Origin: Podarcis filfolensis
Lineage: Eukaryota
Length of the DNA: 64,000 bases
Reading direction: 5' to 3' (one strand)
Assembly: GCA_964270895.1 (NCBI GenBank)
Contig: OZ185440.1
Both the position numbers and the translations under genes were made by a program. Under the pieces are notes generated by a model that saw nothing but the letters and a program-made list of their open reading frames with translations, did not search any database and was not told where the DNA came from. Positions 22,095 to 35,800 of the stretch are shown in pieces (within the stretch, counting starts at the first letter, position 1; every line of letters begins with the position of its first letter).

Positions 22095-22171
22095 CGTAAC
22101 TTCAAAGTCAGGTCCCAGGAGTTTTTCCCACTTGGATTTTAATTTGTTTTCTGGCAATTCTGGAGCTTTCC
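22095..22171 (-). CDS. PATJ: PATJ coding exon 12
   Basis: 77 nt, phase 1 to 0, GKAPELPENKLKSKWEKLLGPDFEVT. Confidence 0.92.
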
Positions 22172-22729
22172 CTAGATGCAACAATTAAAATTTAAGACCA
22201 GATCTTGAGAAATGCATCCCCCCCATTGCACATTAATAAAGCACCAACATATCTATACCTACATCCATGTACAAGAAGAGTGTTACCCTGGGACAGTAGT
22301 GGGGAGGGGGCAGTGCACTCCTAGCTTCCCAACGCTGTGCACTGATGCCGAGGGGGGGAGGGAGAAGGCAGCAGGGAGCTTTCCAGCTGCAAAAACAGCA
22401 GCAGGAGTACTGGATTGGCTCCACTGGCATTCCTGCTCCTGCCAAGCTCCCTGCAGTCTTGGCCCTCCCCAATCTGTGTAAGCAGCTGCGACATGCAGTT
22501 TTGGTAAGCCAGTAAGCTGGCCACTGCTAACCCTGCATACAGGAAAACTGTAGAATTCTGCCCTGTAGAGCAGAACATTGCAGGAGAACAAAGCATTATC
22601 CAATGCTGTTTGTTTTGTTTCAAAAGTAAGGACAGCAATTGTTGTGTCAATGAGACATGGGCGCTGCATTGTTTCGCTGCATCAATTGATCATTCTTGGC
22701 TGCAAAGTTCAGTTCAATTAACTTAGAAG

Positions 22730-22925
22730 GACCAGATGACATTTATAAAAGCTGACTGGGCCATCATTCACTTGCAGCAACTCCTCATCAAGGACTACAT
22801 CAACAGAATGCACTCACGAACTTTATACATTTGGCAGACGTAGCAACATACGGTTCTGGTTGCCTCAACTCAAAAAGGATATTGCATTGATGGGAAACGT
22901 GCAGAAAAGAGCAACAAGAATTACA
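22730..22925 (+). mobile_element. Degenerate CR1 ORF2 fragment
   Basis: ggttctggttgcctcaactcaaaaaggatattgca...gtgcagaaaagagcaacaagaat matches the CR1 QFW.P.LKKD...VQKRA motif region. Confidence 0.6.
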
Positions 22926-23529
22926 CTGGGGAACAATTTTTTTTTTCATTTTCTGTTGCATGATATTTTTCAACTATTCTTATATGTTCTTTCAATGCTG
23001 ATTTCAAATCTGAAATTGATTTTCATGTATGTGCTATAGTTATCTTTCAACTTCCGACTTTTGCCAATATGTCATAATTACACTGGGGATAAGTGGATAC
23101 TGACATGTTGATCTACCCTAACCACATGGTAATTATTGTTTTGCAAACTTAATTTTTATTTTTATAGTTTTGTAACCTAAATATTTGTATTTTTCAGATC
23201 AGACCATGGCTTCTTCAAGAACAAAACCAACTTCAGATATGAAATCAGCACGTCAAAATTAGGTTAGAACAACTGCAGGTATCAGTGCTACAAAAAAATT
23301 GTTTCCCAGTGTTATCAAGAGGTTGGAGCAAATCCATTTTGAGGAAAGGAGACTTTCGGGAGGGGGAAGGTACATAAGGGGAACATGATGAAGGTGCATA
23401 AGGTTATGCATGGTACAGAGAAAATAGGCAGATAAACATTTCTCTCTCTCTCTCATAAAGCTAGAAGCTGTGCCATCCAATGAAGCAGAATGCTGTGAAA
23501 TTCAGGACACACAAAATGAAACCTCTTCA

Positions 23530-23828
23530 CACAGCACATTGTTAAAAGTATAGAATTTGCTACTACAAGAGTGATGACCAGCAACTTGGATGGCTTTAAA
23601 AAAAGGACTAGACAAATTCATGGAAGAGGCTAGCAACTGATGTGTTCTACCTCCACTGTAAAAGGAAGTCCCTCTGAATACCAGTTGCAGAGAATCCTAA
23701 AAGGGGAGAGCAGGGCTCTATTCAGGTCCTGCTGGCAAGCTTGTCATAGGAATCTGACTGACCAGAGCGAGAATAGGGTGATGGACTAGGCAGGCCTTTG
23801 GCCTCATCCAGCAGAATTCTAATTCTAA
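23530..23828 (+). mobile_element. CR1 LINE 3' end
   Basis: ttcacacagcac...ttggatggctttaaaaaaaggactagacaaattcatggaag...gatggactag...tccagcagaattctaattct. Confidence 0.7.
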
Positions 23829-25314
23829 AAGCGTTGCATGGCCAGTGAGCCATGTGAACTTCAGCTTCAGTTCTGAACCAGCCTTCCATGGGAACTTGGC
23901 TATCTTGACATTTATATCTTTTCAGCTTTCTTACTTATGCAACCAGAGCGGTATTACAGCCATGTAAGACAATTTGACATGGCTAGACAACATAAAAATG
24001 GCTGGCTGCCCTGCATTTGACCCCAGCCAGAAGCTCAGCGTACTTATAAAAAGTTCCTTCCCTAAGTAATATTTAAGTTGCAGAAGTCAAAAACTCCCAC
24101 AGGCAGACAGAAAAGTTCAAGTAACAGTGGCACCAACAGGAGGATAAGTTTACCGCAAGCTATTTTATTTTATGGCTTATTTTGTTACCATTTGGGACAA
24201 GTAACAGGACATTACATATGAGCAGCACTCCATGTTCCTGAAATCCTAATGCATACTGCACTTACTTTAATGCTTTTCCATCTAAAACCACATGCATTAT
24301 TTTGTTATTTATGTTTTTAAAACATACAATGTCACATTAAATAGAACTACTGCAGGAAAGATCTGTTTAAACAGAAAATCAGCCAGTCTTGTCTTGAGTC
24401 TTTAACTTAAGAGAATGGGTTTTGCTTTCATTAGAAACAGAGAACCACTACAGCATGTCAGTGTATAGTGTTTAATGACATCCTAAGATATCAAGGTAGA
24501 AGTCATGTATTTGAAAGTAAATCCCACAGAACTCACTTCCAGGCAAAAACACACATAGGGATTGGATTGCATGCATTTCATCTTCACTGATAATCCTTCA
24601 AACATTTGAGCAAAGTGTCATTTTGGAGGACTCCCAAATGACACAGGCTAGTTTTACCTTTGCTACCTGGTAAGAATTTATTCAGATGCACTGAGTTTCT
24701 AAGACTCCATTGTGCCTTTTGCATGACCCTGAATGTCCAAGATAAATAAACAAAAGATCTCTGCAAGGCCACAGTGAAACTTAAGATTATTTCTTTTACT
24801 GAACTATATCAAGATTCAGTATCAAGAATCTTGCATGGGATTCATTTTTATGAAAGCAAGTTCCTTTGAAGGCAGTGTTATCTTTCCTACACAGCCCTAT
24901 GTAAACTTTTGGAAGAACATGTGTGCAGTTTTATTAAATGAATTGTAAGCTAGCTGCCATTGAAGCTTTGTGTACACAACGCTCTGAAATATGGAAACAT
25001 ATAACTGAAGACATACGGTTGCAAAGTCTCTCTAGGTAAGCATCCTTAAATTGCACTCCTATCTACACTTATGTGGCTTCATGTAGCTCTTAATAAAGCA
25101 TTGTCTGTAACACCAAGCCTTATGACACCGTAAGTCAATGCACATGGAGTTGAACTAGCGTCTCTTTCAACCACATTCTGAATATGGCCAGACAGGAGTT
25201 AAACCATTGGAACACCTGTCAAGACTCCCCAACCAGATGCTCTGAAATAATGGTGCAGTCCACTATGGGGTCAGATAACTTTTCTGGACCAGATCTTGGG
25301 GTCATTCAGAGAAG

Positions 25315-25445
25315 CTGAACGGTGGAAGATTCAGGACAGACAAATTGAAGTATTTCTTCACACAGCACATACTTAAACTTTGAAATTTGATCCCACAGGG
25401 TGTAGTAATTGCCACCAGTTGGATGGCTTCAAATGGATTTTAGAC
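25315..25445 (+). mobile_element. CR1 3' fragment
   Basis: ggaagattcaggacagacaaa...tatttcttcacacagcacata...ttggatggcttcaaa. Confidence 0.65.
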
Positions 25446-25469
25446 CTACAGGATCAGAGGCAAAGTGCA

Positions 25470-25624
25470 GTCTGTGGCACAATGGGTCAGTGCATCTGAC
25501 TGTTAACCAGAAGGTTGGTGGTTCGAGCCCATCCAGGGACAGCTGTGGACAGGGATCCTGCATTGCAGGGGGTTGGACTAGATGATCCTCAGAGTCCCTC
25601 CCAATCTACAATTCTATCATTCTA
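25470..25624 (+). mobile_element. tRNA-Asn(GTT)-derived SINE with a CR1-type 3' tail
   Basis: Head gtctgtggcacaatgggtcagtgcatctgactgttaaccagaaggttggtggttcgagcccatccaggga closely follows tRNA-Asn; tail gggttggactagatgatcctc...attctatcattcta is CR1-like. Confidence 0.8.
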
Positions 25625-26562
25625 ACCAATGAATCATACTGATGCTCAGGTACTCGGCTAGAACCCAATAAAGGGTTTCATGCAAACATCATATTAAATT
25701 ATATTTCACTGACTGTACCAACATCATTGTAGCTGTTAGGGCACACCACTGTTTAAATCTATTCAGGAATTTGAATTAAAGCTTAGCACAATCAGACCTA
25801 GAGAAAAAACACATTTTATAAAACACACTTTTTACATTAAGTTTGAAAGGCGTTTCTAGAGTTTAGACAGGGCATTAAATTAGGGGCGTTTTACTTTAGT
25901 GCTATTATAATTAAGTGCCTGTCAGCATTTCCAATATAAGTACCTATTTTTGGAATTTAATTTGGCCATTAAATTCTGCTCCAGGGTGAACTTTTATAGA
26001 CAGTGTTTTAGTATCAACCATGTTTGAAATGAAATGACTGCTTTTAGCTCTCAAGCACGAAAGGTAAGTGAATATATTTACCAGTGTGAAAACACTTTTA
26101 CATTCCTGTATCCTAAATGGTTTTTACCTTTCTGTAATAAAATAAAATTTTACGAAATGACAAGCCTACAGATGTAGAATCGCATGCCACAGACCACTTA
26201 TTTTCTTTTAAAATCATTCCAATTAGCCTGTGAATGCCCCAAAATGGTGAAAACTGACGAAGTCATCACAACTTGTCAGCTGCAGCAGAAAACAAGGGTT
26301 CCAGCAATTCTATAACTGCAGCATAATGCGTCTCGTGTACAGATACAAAGCTTCAAAAACAATAGACCCAGTTTTTAATGTGCAACAACAAAAAATATCC
26401 TGCTGTTATTAGGCCAAATTAGGCTGCTGCTAAAATTAATTGCTCAATATCCCCCTCTATTGACACTCATTTGTCCTACTACTATTTAAAGACCATATAT
26501 GATATGGTTGGCAAACAGAAGGTTAGTGTAGCAAAAGTCTCCTCCAAAGATATATCACTTAC

Positions 26563-26703
26563 CAACTGCATGTCGTTTTTGCTTCCTCTCGTTTTCAGAG
26601 TTGTCTTTTGGCTTTAGAAGTTCCTCGTTATCACTATCTATGGTAGTCTCAGTCTCCACGACACCAGCCAAGGATAAGGTTGGCATATTTGGCTGCTCTG
26701 CAA
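26563..26703 (-). CDS. PATJ: PATJ coding exon 11 (linker; acceptor position uncertain)
   Basis: VAEQPNMPTLSLAGVVETETTIDSDNEELLKPKDNSENERKQKRHAV, similar to the AVETET region of PATJ. Donor TTG|GTAAGT is strong; the acceptor was chosen by frame. Confidence 0.75.
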
Positions 26704-27214
26704 CTGTTCCAAAAGTTTCCAGTCAACTGCGCAATCCAAGGATCGTATGCAAGAAGTGTACTTATATAACCTTTTAGATATCAAGCTCTCTCTACTCTAC
26801 CTACCAAAATAGTAAAGAAATGGGCTTGTTCACCCCAAGAAGTTCTTAAAAGAGTAGAATTTATTAGAAATTATTTATTCCAGAATTTATTAGAAATTAT
26901 TAGAATGCTTATGATTGAAAAGAAAAAAATAACATTGTTGTAGGAAGATAAATGGTTCCACAGTAATCAGTACCTTATATTTAGCACAGTAAATATAGTT
27001 AGTTGGACCACATTATAGCATTTTGAGAGCTCTGCTGTTTATGTGTTAATTTCTGAAAGGCCCCAAAACTAACAGATTACCAATGATGTTCTCAGTACTG
27101 GAGTATGTTGCTTTTGTTGTTTATTACCTACCCTTCACTCCAAGGTACCAGAGCAAGTTACAATGTTAAAACACACTATTTAAAAGAGTTTAAAATAACT
27201 TACAATCACAAAAG

Positions 27215-27720
27215 AAGGTAGCTCCTAAAAACCCAAAAACTTCCAGTGTCAAAAGACAAAGTAAAGAGTTGTGTCTTCAGCATTTGCCGGAAGTTATACA
27301 ATAAAGCTACCAGATTAACCTTTGTGGGGAACAAGTTCTGCCACACAGAACGCCCTCTCCTGAACCCCACCACCTGAGCTTCTGAGGGCAGAGCAAATAC
27401 CAAGAGGGCCCACCACACAGCCAATCTTAGCACCTGAGGGGCTCTGTAGAGAATGAGACTTTCAGGTTTGTAGGGCGCCGAGTTGTTTAGGGCTTTAAAT
27501 ACTCCTAGCCCCCAAGGGCACCTGAGCCTCCAATGACAGAGTTAAATCCAGGAGCATCCCCCAAGCTGCAAACTTGGCTCCTTCAAAGGCAGGCTGCCTC
27601 CACACCTCCTGGACACAAGAACTTGGGACACAAAACACCCCTTTCTTTTCAGGATTTAGCTTCAGGTTATTGGCCCCAATCCAGCCTATCACCACCTCCA
27701 AGCACAGGTATAACACCTCA
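27215..27720 (-). mobile_element. Degenerate L2-type LINE fragment
   Basis: Minus frame gives WIGANNLKLNPEK (L2 RT motif WM.AN.LKLNPDK); 3' end similar to 37905. Confidence 0.75.
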
Positions 27721-28064
27721 ATATAAAATGGATCGTTATTGATGTTTCTTTTTGTTTGTTTGTTTGTTCTATATGAAAAAATAAAGTTGTGTGTGTGTGT
27801 GGCATAATATGATCTGAGTTACTACTGCAATCTGTAGTAACCGTGGTTACCCTCAAGTGAAGTCCCACATAAAACCTTTAAGCATGTACTCAGAAGAGTG
27901 GAAGAAAATGACCAGGATGAACTGGTTCTGCAGGAATGACCAGTCATGTAAATAAATAAGACTGTACCACCAGTACAAAAATGCCAAGGTATTCGGTGAA
28001 ATAAATGCCAAGGGATTTTCATTGGCTTAGAAGAACATTAGGTATAGTTAAAGAAGAGCTTTAC

Positions 28065-28206
28065 CTCTGCCTAAGCCTTTTTCTGAAGAGAAAGCAGGAA
28101 ACAACGGTTTCTTTCGAAGCAACGCCAAGTGTACAATCGGGCCTGTATTTCGCAATGCCTCCACCACCTCTTGATTGGTATAATTCTGAATGTTGATCCC
28201 ATCAAC
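28065..28206 (-). CDS. PATJ: PATJ coding exon 10 (end of PDZ3)
   Basis: 142 nt, [47 protein letters not shown]. Confidence 0.95.
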
Positions 28207-28576
28207 CTAATACATAGACATGTATGACACATAAAATTGGTTTCTAAATGGAAATCCATGTCAGAAAGCAAGTTGCTTGAATGATAACACCAGTTAAGGC
28301 TAATTACAGGGCATTTCTAAATCCGAAGATGAGCCTGGTTGCTCATATTAAATAACATTACTTAAGTTCAACAGGGCTCCCTATCAACCCAGACACGAAA
28401 AAGCAATTTATTTGCTTATTTATTAAATTTATTTACCACCCTTCATCACAGGGCAGTTCACAACATAACACAACACAACAATTGGTCAGTTGCGAGACTG
28501 TGTGCATGAGTGAACACATTCTCAGATTATATGGGATCCTTGCAACTAAGAGTTCTGGATTTTTTAAATAAAAGTG

Positions 28577-28784
28577 CAGTGGTACCTCAGGTTACATACT
28601 CTTCATGTTACATACGCTCCTTGGGTTAACAACTTTGCTTCAGGATGAGAACAGAAATTGTGCTGCGGCAGCGCAGCGGCAGCAGGAGTCCCCATTAGCT
28701 AAAGTGGTGCTTCAGATTAAGAACAGTTTCAGGTTAAGAACGGACCTCCAGAACGAATTAAGTACTTAACTTGAGTTACCACTG
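28577..28784. mobile_element. Tc1/mariner (Tigger-like) MITE, same family as 2826-3040
   Basis: TIRs CAGTGGTACCTC / GAGTTACCACTG and shared interior caggatgagaacagaaat...ccccattagctaaagtgg. Confidence 0.8.
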
Positions 28785-29343
28785 TACACAGACAAGGGAG
28801 AAGTTGACATCTGTCAGCTTCCCATGTATCTGCATTCCTCTACACCATACTCTATAGCATTTCCCAGAGTCCTTCAACCCCCAGAATAGACTTTCAGGAA
28901 ACGGCAGTGGAAAGGGGGAGGCAAAAAAAGGTACCTTTCTATAAATATGAGTTCTGTTCCTTTCACAGAAGGAACGTGAGGATCCAAGCCATTATCCTAT
29001 GCTATCACACACACTGCATTTTCTGCAGAGGTGAACTTGCGGTCAGTGGTCATGCCATTTATATGCAGCTGCAGCCACCAGGGAGTGGTGGGAGGGAGCT
29101 GCATGTGACTGATGCAGTCATGTGGACAGCACAGACTACATAGGTCTTGAATGTACTTTGCTGGCAGGGAAGCTTTACATAAGGGAAAAGTCACTCGCAT
29201 TTGATGGACGGCATGTGAAGGGGATTCTCAGCCAGCAAATAATCTGGAACAGATTATTTTATGCCTAACATTCTCAGATTTTACACCAGTAATGTTTTGC
29301 AAAGTATGATTCTACAGCCTGCAAAAATAAGACTTAAACTTAC

Positions 29344-29435
29344 AGCAATAATTCTGTCATGGACTTTTATTTGACCGCTGTGTTCCGCAGCACTGTCAGG
29401 TATTATGTTTTTTACAAAAATCCCTGAAGAGTCTG
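29344..29435 (-). CDS. PATJ: PATJ coding exon 9 (PDZ3)
   Basis: 92 nt, [31 protein letters not shown]. Confidence 0.95.
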
Positions 29436-29567
29436 CTTAAAGAAAAGAAAAAGAACACTGTTACTTGTTAATTCTGCATTTAGAATGCGTTGAAATTTTA
29501 CAGATTCCAGCAAAGAGTCCATTTTGTGGGCTTTCTGTAGCAAAAGAGAAAATGTCATATAACTCAC

Positions 29568-29658
29568 CTGTATCAGAAACTCCTGAATAGCCCACAATTG
29601 TTATACCAAGACTCTGTCCATCCTTCTTAGTCAACTGAACTTCATGAATTTCATTTTC
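29568..29658 (-). CDS. PATJ: PATJ coding exon 8 (start of PDZ3)
   Basis: 91 nt, ENEIHEVQLTKKDGQSLGITIVGYSGVSDT; phases fit both neighbours. Confidence 0.92.
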
Positions 29659-31750
29659 CTAGGAAATAAAAGCATGTTTTGAAGCTTGAAGTTTCAGATT
29701 ATAAACAACTGTATTAAGCACTTCTCCAGCTTCTGTCATGAATTCCCATAACTCATCTCCCGACTGGATGCTTCTTCGGTCCCAGAATCCAAGGGCAATA
29801 TGCTTTTGCAATCTCAGTCCACAAGAGGTTTGCTATTTTCATAGCTTCAGTACTGAAATGAATTCTTCTAAAGTGTTCCTGTTGCTCCTAAAAGTGGCTA
29901 CAACAGATTGTCAAAGGAGTGGGACTTAGCTCAGGCCTATGCAATAGTCAAAGGATCCAATACTCTTCCAGGTTTTTAAGGAGCCATGATAAATTCTGAC
30001 ATTTGCTTTTCACACAGGAGTAATTTCAAATATGCAATTCCCCAACATGAAATTGAGGTGGCGAACGCAGTAAGGCATTTTGCCACCTTAGAAAGGCACA
30101 TGAGTTTGTCCAAAGTAGGATACAAAAGGTGAAAATAGCTGTAAAAGAGTGGTTACATACATATATGGGACAAGGTGATTTAATTTAATGGATAAGCAAG
30201 AATGTGATATGTCCAAGATAAAGTGAGGGTAAAGATGGAAGAAAATAATCAACCGCAAAGCCACACTGCCACTAACAGCTTAGAACAAAGTGATAGTGCA
30301 ATTCAATTAAAGTAGTTAGATATCTTCTAACTAATCATATATGTAAGGTCCTGGTACTAGGAAACGTCCAACATGTTGATCCAGAAGACTATCTCAGGGC
30401 TACAGCAACATGGGCACAAAGTCAAGAAGTTATTGATGCCTCTTCCTCCTCCCGTCAGTAAAAATGCAATAAACTGGATGGCGTACAAATTTGCTGCCTG
30501 ACATGACATCCCAAACCAGCTGCCTCACCCTGGCTCCCTTGAACTTCTCAGTCCAGGCCGGAAAGCAATCATATTGCATGAAGAGGCCAAAGTCTCAACA
30601 AACTCCATCTCTAGCAAGCAACTTATTTGGGTCCACCACGGAGTTCCTTGAGGTTAAGGTGATTAAGTCAGAAGAATGGCACTGGGGCCGAGATTACACC
30701 TTCTCTCCTTTCATCTGAATATTGTTTCATTATTCTCCAGAGGCATCTGGACTTAAAATGCATTTGGAATCAGAGTACAAAAACTGAAATCACCTCAGCC
30801 AGGGCCATCCCCAATATACCAGTATTTTACAGCCCTAAATGAAGCAACAAATGCTTCTTTCCTAGCCAGGAGGCATGTTCATAGTACCCAAGGCCAACCA
30901 GCCAATCTATTTTGGCACCTGAGGCAGAAAACCCCACATGCAGCTTTCCCCATCCCTGACAGTAAAAATTGTCATAATAATGAACGGACAATTAAATAGC
31001 AATTTGCTGTCCCTTTCATGACTCCCCAAAGCAGTGGTCTGCTATCTCATTCTGTCTAACTGTGGGGCAACAGGGCCCACAATACAAACCCATGTTTCTA
31101 AGAGCCATGTCCCCAAGTATCTCACGGTAGTAGTTGAGAAGGAACAGAAGCAGCAGCAGTGAAAAAACCACACCACAGGGCAGGAGAGAGATCTCTGAAA
31201 ATATTCCACGCCTAAAAAGCACAGTAGCAACAGATGGAATACGAGCACAGCTTTGCTTACATTTCAAGACCTCCTGCATACTTTGAGTAGCATTAGTTTA
31301 TTTTAATTACTCAAAACTGAGAAGGGCTTTTGTTTAAACAAAACACTTTAATGTGATAAAAATTAAAGATTTGTTAAAGCCATATTTGTAAGATGCATTT
31401 TTAGCAGCAAATGTATTAGTGTAGGCTACAAGGACTCTAGTACATCATTACATTACCCCTGGAACTTAAAACAGAGGGCTGTGTCAAGTGCCAAACCTCC
31501 TTTTGGATAAATTTCTAAATAAAGGGCTGGATCCAGACTTTATCGTGCTTAGATTAGACCCACTGAAATCAATAGGACGTCAGTCCTACATCAGTCATGA
31601 GTAACGTAGGCCCCATTTCTTTTAATGGGTCTACCCTCTAAGCATTATGACTAAGTTTGGATCTACTCCTAAAGTCTGAATACCATCTTTTGCATTGTTT
31701 TTGGTAGGTGAGGTTAAGCAGTTCTGTTGGGGGACTGTCAGTGGTTAGAT

Positions 31751-31973
31751 CAGTGGTTCCCAACCTTTTTTTGGCCATGCCCACCTAAGCACCTCTAAAA
31801 TCCTGATGCCCCCTTCCTGTGACATATAATTCTCATTATTCAAAAAGTGAACTCCTATCCACATGGAGGAAGCCAAAAAGGCCATTCACTGTTAATAACT
31901 CATTCTCCAATTGCCCCCCTTAAGAATCAAATTGCCCCCCTGTGGGGTGTGTGCCCCACATTGGGAACCATGG
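31751..31973. mobile_element. hAT-type MITE with a perfect 8-bp TSD
   Basis: TIRs CAGTGGTTCCCAA / TTGGGAACCATGG; GGTTAGAT at 31743-50 and 31974-81. Confidence 0.88.
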
Positions 31974-32657
31974 GGTTAGATGAATCTAATTAAGTAGTCT
32001 GGTTTTTAACATTTTGTTAACTTTCCCAAACCTTTAGATGGGCTATAAACCAAATACGTGAGAAGGGTCAGATTTCACACACACACACCCCATGTATACA
32101 CCTATATTACATAGGTCACAAGTATAATGAGCTATTCAGGTAGAAGAGATTATCCCGCCTACTTCTGTCATCACAAATAGGTTTATAAGATTAACAACAA
32201 CAAAAGATGAGGCTATTAAAAGGGAATCTAACAATACTTTAAAGAACATTAAACCTGAGAGAATAAGGATTTTGCCCAACAAATATAAAACAGCTGTTAT
32301 CAGGGCTAGGTGAGCCTCTGAGGGGAAGGCCTTCCCTAATAAGGGCATCCACTTCAAACAAATCATGTCCAGGTGAGGCAGAAGGAACAGCTCTGGGAAA
32401 TGAAGGGAGCTCAGCTATAGGGAAGTAGTAAATAATCTTCTGCTCTGTGATAGCAAGAGAGTCTGTGAATTTCTACAGTGGAGGTGAGTGATGGTGGAGG
32501 TGGAGGTGGCGGTGACTGTTTTTGGAACATTTGCTGAGATGCACCTTGAGGGGGGCAATTATAGCCTTGAAATATTGTGATCTATACAGAGTTTTCAATC
32601 GTGTATTTGCTGAAGAATGCAACTCGTGGAAGAACTGCAAAGTATGAAGATACTCAC

Positions 32658-32879
32658 CGTTCCAAATCGCCTGTCGTGAAAAGGAGACAGCATACCAACA
32701 GGCTGGGCTACAGGGGTTGGTGGTGTCACTGTTACTTCACACGTGGGGTCTCTTGCAACAACCATCTTGACACGGTTCCCACAGTTTCGCAACACTTGAG
32801 CCACTTGTTCGCTACTCATTCCTTGCACGTTTGTCCCACCAATTTCCAAGATGTGATCACCAGTTCTGAGCCTGCCATC
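32658..32879 (-). CDS. PATJ: PATJ coding exon 7 (PDZ2 C-terminal half)
   Basis: 222 nt, [45 protein letters not shown]...RRFGT, donor ACG|GTGAGT. Confidence 0.95.
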
Positions 32880-35800
32880 CTTTGAGTAGCAAACATGGCT
32901 TTACTTTTGCATAGTTTGAAGATTTGCAACTAAAGTATAATTAGGCACTGCCAAACTATAACTGCATATTCCCCCTCCCCCCAAAAATGCCTCCAGACTG
33001 GGCAAAATGCTATCAAATGAAACAATGCAGCACCAAATGCTTCTTTGAAAAGAAAAAGTCAAATATTAAATATCCAATTTCTTTAAAACCTACTGCACCA
33101 TCAGCCACTTCTTTGGTTATTTCATAAGGGCAAGGGGGCGGGAATTAAGAAACTACTACAGAAAAATATTTGTAGTTTTGCAACTTCCTATAGAAACTGG
33201 TCTATTAAACAGAAAAGCAAATGGAGGGGTTTGGATTTAGTGCTCCTAGAAAAAAGTATCTTAAATGCCACACGCACATTGCAAGACCATTTATGTTTAA
33301 GGAATTCTACATACTTTCCACCAAACTATATTTACAAGCCAGATCACTCTCGGGAAAAGTAAATAAATTATAGGAGTGATTCTTAAACCATCATTTCTTT
33401 GCAAGTAAAACATTTCAGATAATGTCTCAAGACAAAGCACCAAACCCAAGTCCATAAACCGCCAGACATGCATGGAGAATTTGACAGAAAAAATCAGATA
33501 CACTTTCCCCTCATAAGTGAACATTCTGGCTTCTACAAAGGTTCATAATTCAGATTTAGTGGATATGTCATTTTTCAGACTTTACATGGACTAACAACCA
33601 TCCACACATGAGCTCCAGAACACCAGAAGAGCGGCTCAGACAAGTATAGAGTGGTTACTTCTGCAAGATGGATGCATGCAAGATTTCTTTTTGTCACAGA
33701 AGTAGCTGGTGTGATCTCCCATGAGCTGGTCCTCTGCTATTACACTGCCCATGTGGAACAGATTGTTTGTGTGAGCAGCTATTTGCCAAAGTAAACTCCC
33801 CAAGCAAACAATGTCTCAATATCAGTGCTGGCTCTTCCAGTCAATGGCCTTTTTTCATGTCAAGGCAAGACACAGTATGGCTTCCTGGGACCGTGCTGTC
33901 TTCCACTAAGGAGCTCACACCTGCTTTGTTCCTCTCTGGGGGCTTCTTAGCACAGCATGGAACAGCAGCTAAGCCAAAGTTTTTCTTAGCATGTTGTCTG
34001 AACCTGGGATCGTTGCTCAGGTCTCTCCTCCGTAACCACAGGACAAACCTTGGCTACAAATCATAGGTAGAGAGAAGAGACCTTAACCACAAACACTGGT
34101 TCAGATGACACACTAAGCCAAACTTTGGCTTGGCTGGCTGGCTGAGGTAAAAAGTCCACGAATGAGCAAAGAAAGTTCAATCCTCTCCTTGGGAATCATC
34201 ATGTTCACCCTATGCCATGGTTTGGCTTAGCGTTATGGGTGGATGTGGCCACTATCTCTTCCTCCTTTTCTTTCCAAATTTAACATAATTACTCTCCTTT
34301 TTGTACTGTACCCCTATTCTTAGTCACTCAAGACTGCTGCAAATTAAGACAGTATGACATATGCTTTTGGATGCCAAAACATTTTGTTCCTTACAGCAAA
34401 ACAGGTGTTCCAAAGGCACAAGAGAAAAGCATTCATTATAACAGACAGTTTTGTAGAGGGGGCAGAACAGCCAACTTTTAAAATTTCAACTCTTCAAGTC
34501 TCCCAACTTTCATTTATATTATGAATTGGAACACATCCTATAATCTGTCTCTTTTCCGTACATTAATATTAATAAAATGAAACAGAGCCCTCTTTGTATC
34601 CACAAGGTTAGAGGCAGCAAGTTTTAGTCAAAGTTGCACTGAAACGCCAATCCCAAAAGGTGTAGCATCCTTTAGTGCCAGCTGAGGGACATGGAAGCAC
34701 AAGAGGTTCATAATTTCTAAAAAAATAGACTCAGGGTCTCAATTCGTATCAAGAGCGCACAGTCAGCTGACTCCAAAACCCACAGCCTGTAAAGCAACTT
34801 GGGTTGTTGCATGAAGATTCACAACTCTATGATCATGTAGGTACCTTCCTGGCATGATCAAGCTATAGGCAGAAGCACTAACAACTGCCCTGGACTAGAG
34901 CCAGGGAGACCTGTATCCTATTTTTTGCCTGATCTACCTCACAGGGTTGTTGTGAAGATAAAAATGATGCAGGGAACTATGTAAGCCACTAAAATTACTT
35001 AAAAATGTCATAATTAAATAGTATTCCTATTTGAACTCATATTTATTATTCTGGGAATCTCAAGCATGAACGCTCCAGATTTGCAAAGTCCGGAGAGTTC
35101 TGTGTAAGAGAGCTCAAATACAACATAAGTTGTATTAGTTCCATAGGCACCAAAACAAATATGATTCGTTTATAGACTTTCTTGCTGCATTCACAAACAT
35201 CACCAAAACTTAGTTTTGAACAACTGGTAAGCCTCGGCCGCACACATTCACAGCAATATCCCAACCAACTTCCAGTTTCTCAGTAAACTATTGTGTTGTG
35301 TACTGCATGCAAATACAGCAAATTAGATTGATAGAATCAAAATCTGATTGGCTAGGAAACCTCTGTGAATAGAGGGTGAGGGATAATTATATTTATATTG
35401 TAAACCACCCGGTTATCTTTGAAGGGTGGTACAGAAATTTAATTAATATTAATAATAATAGTTAGGAAGACAAATAGGGAGGATGGGAGCAAACTCACTG
35501 CTGTTAGTACATGTAGTGATTAACTGAGTTTGGCATAATGCATGAATACAGCTTTGTGTTGCTGCTCTCCAATACTTTAAGTCTAATGGTTAACATATTA
35601 CTGATCTTTAGATCCAAATGGTGCACATGTTTTCTAAATTCCCTTTCTTACTGTGGCATACTTGAAAAACCATTCATCTGACTTGGAACACAGACACCGT
35701 CAACATTTAAAGTTAGTTATCCTTGCCCAAGCTTTAGTCTTGCTTTTATAGATACTGACTCTTGAGTCTTGAATAATATCAGTCTTCTTTGATCCTAATA

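Noticed and set aside
25470-25540. Functional tRNA-Asn gene
   Set aside because: Multiple stem mismatches and direct fusion to a CR1 tail indicate a SINE head.
26856-26902. 20-bp direct duplication AGAATTTATTAGAAATTATT
   Set aside because: AT-rich local slippage; no further structure.
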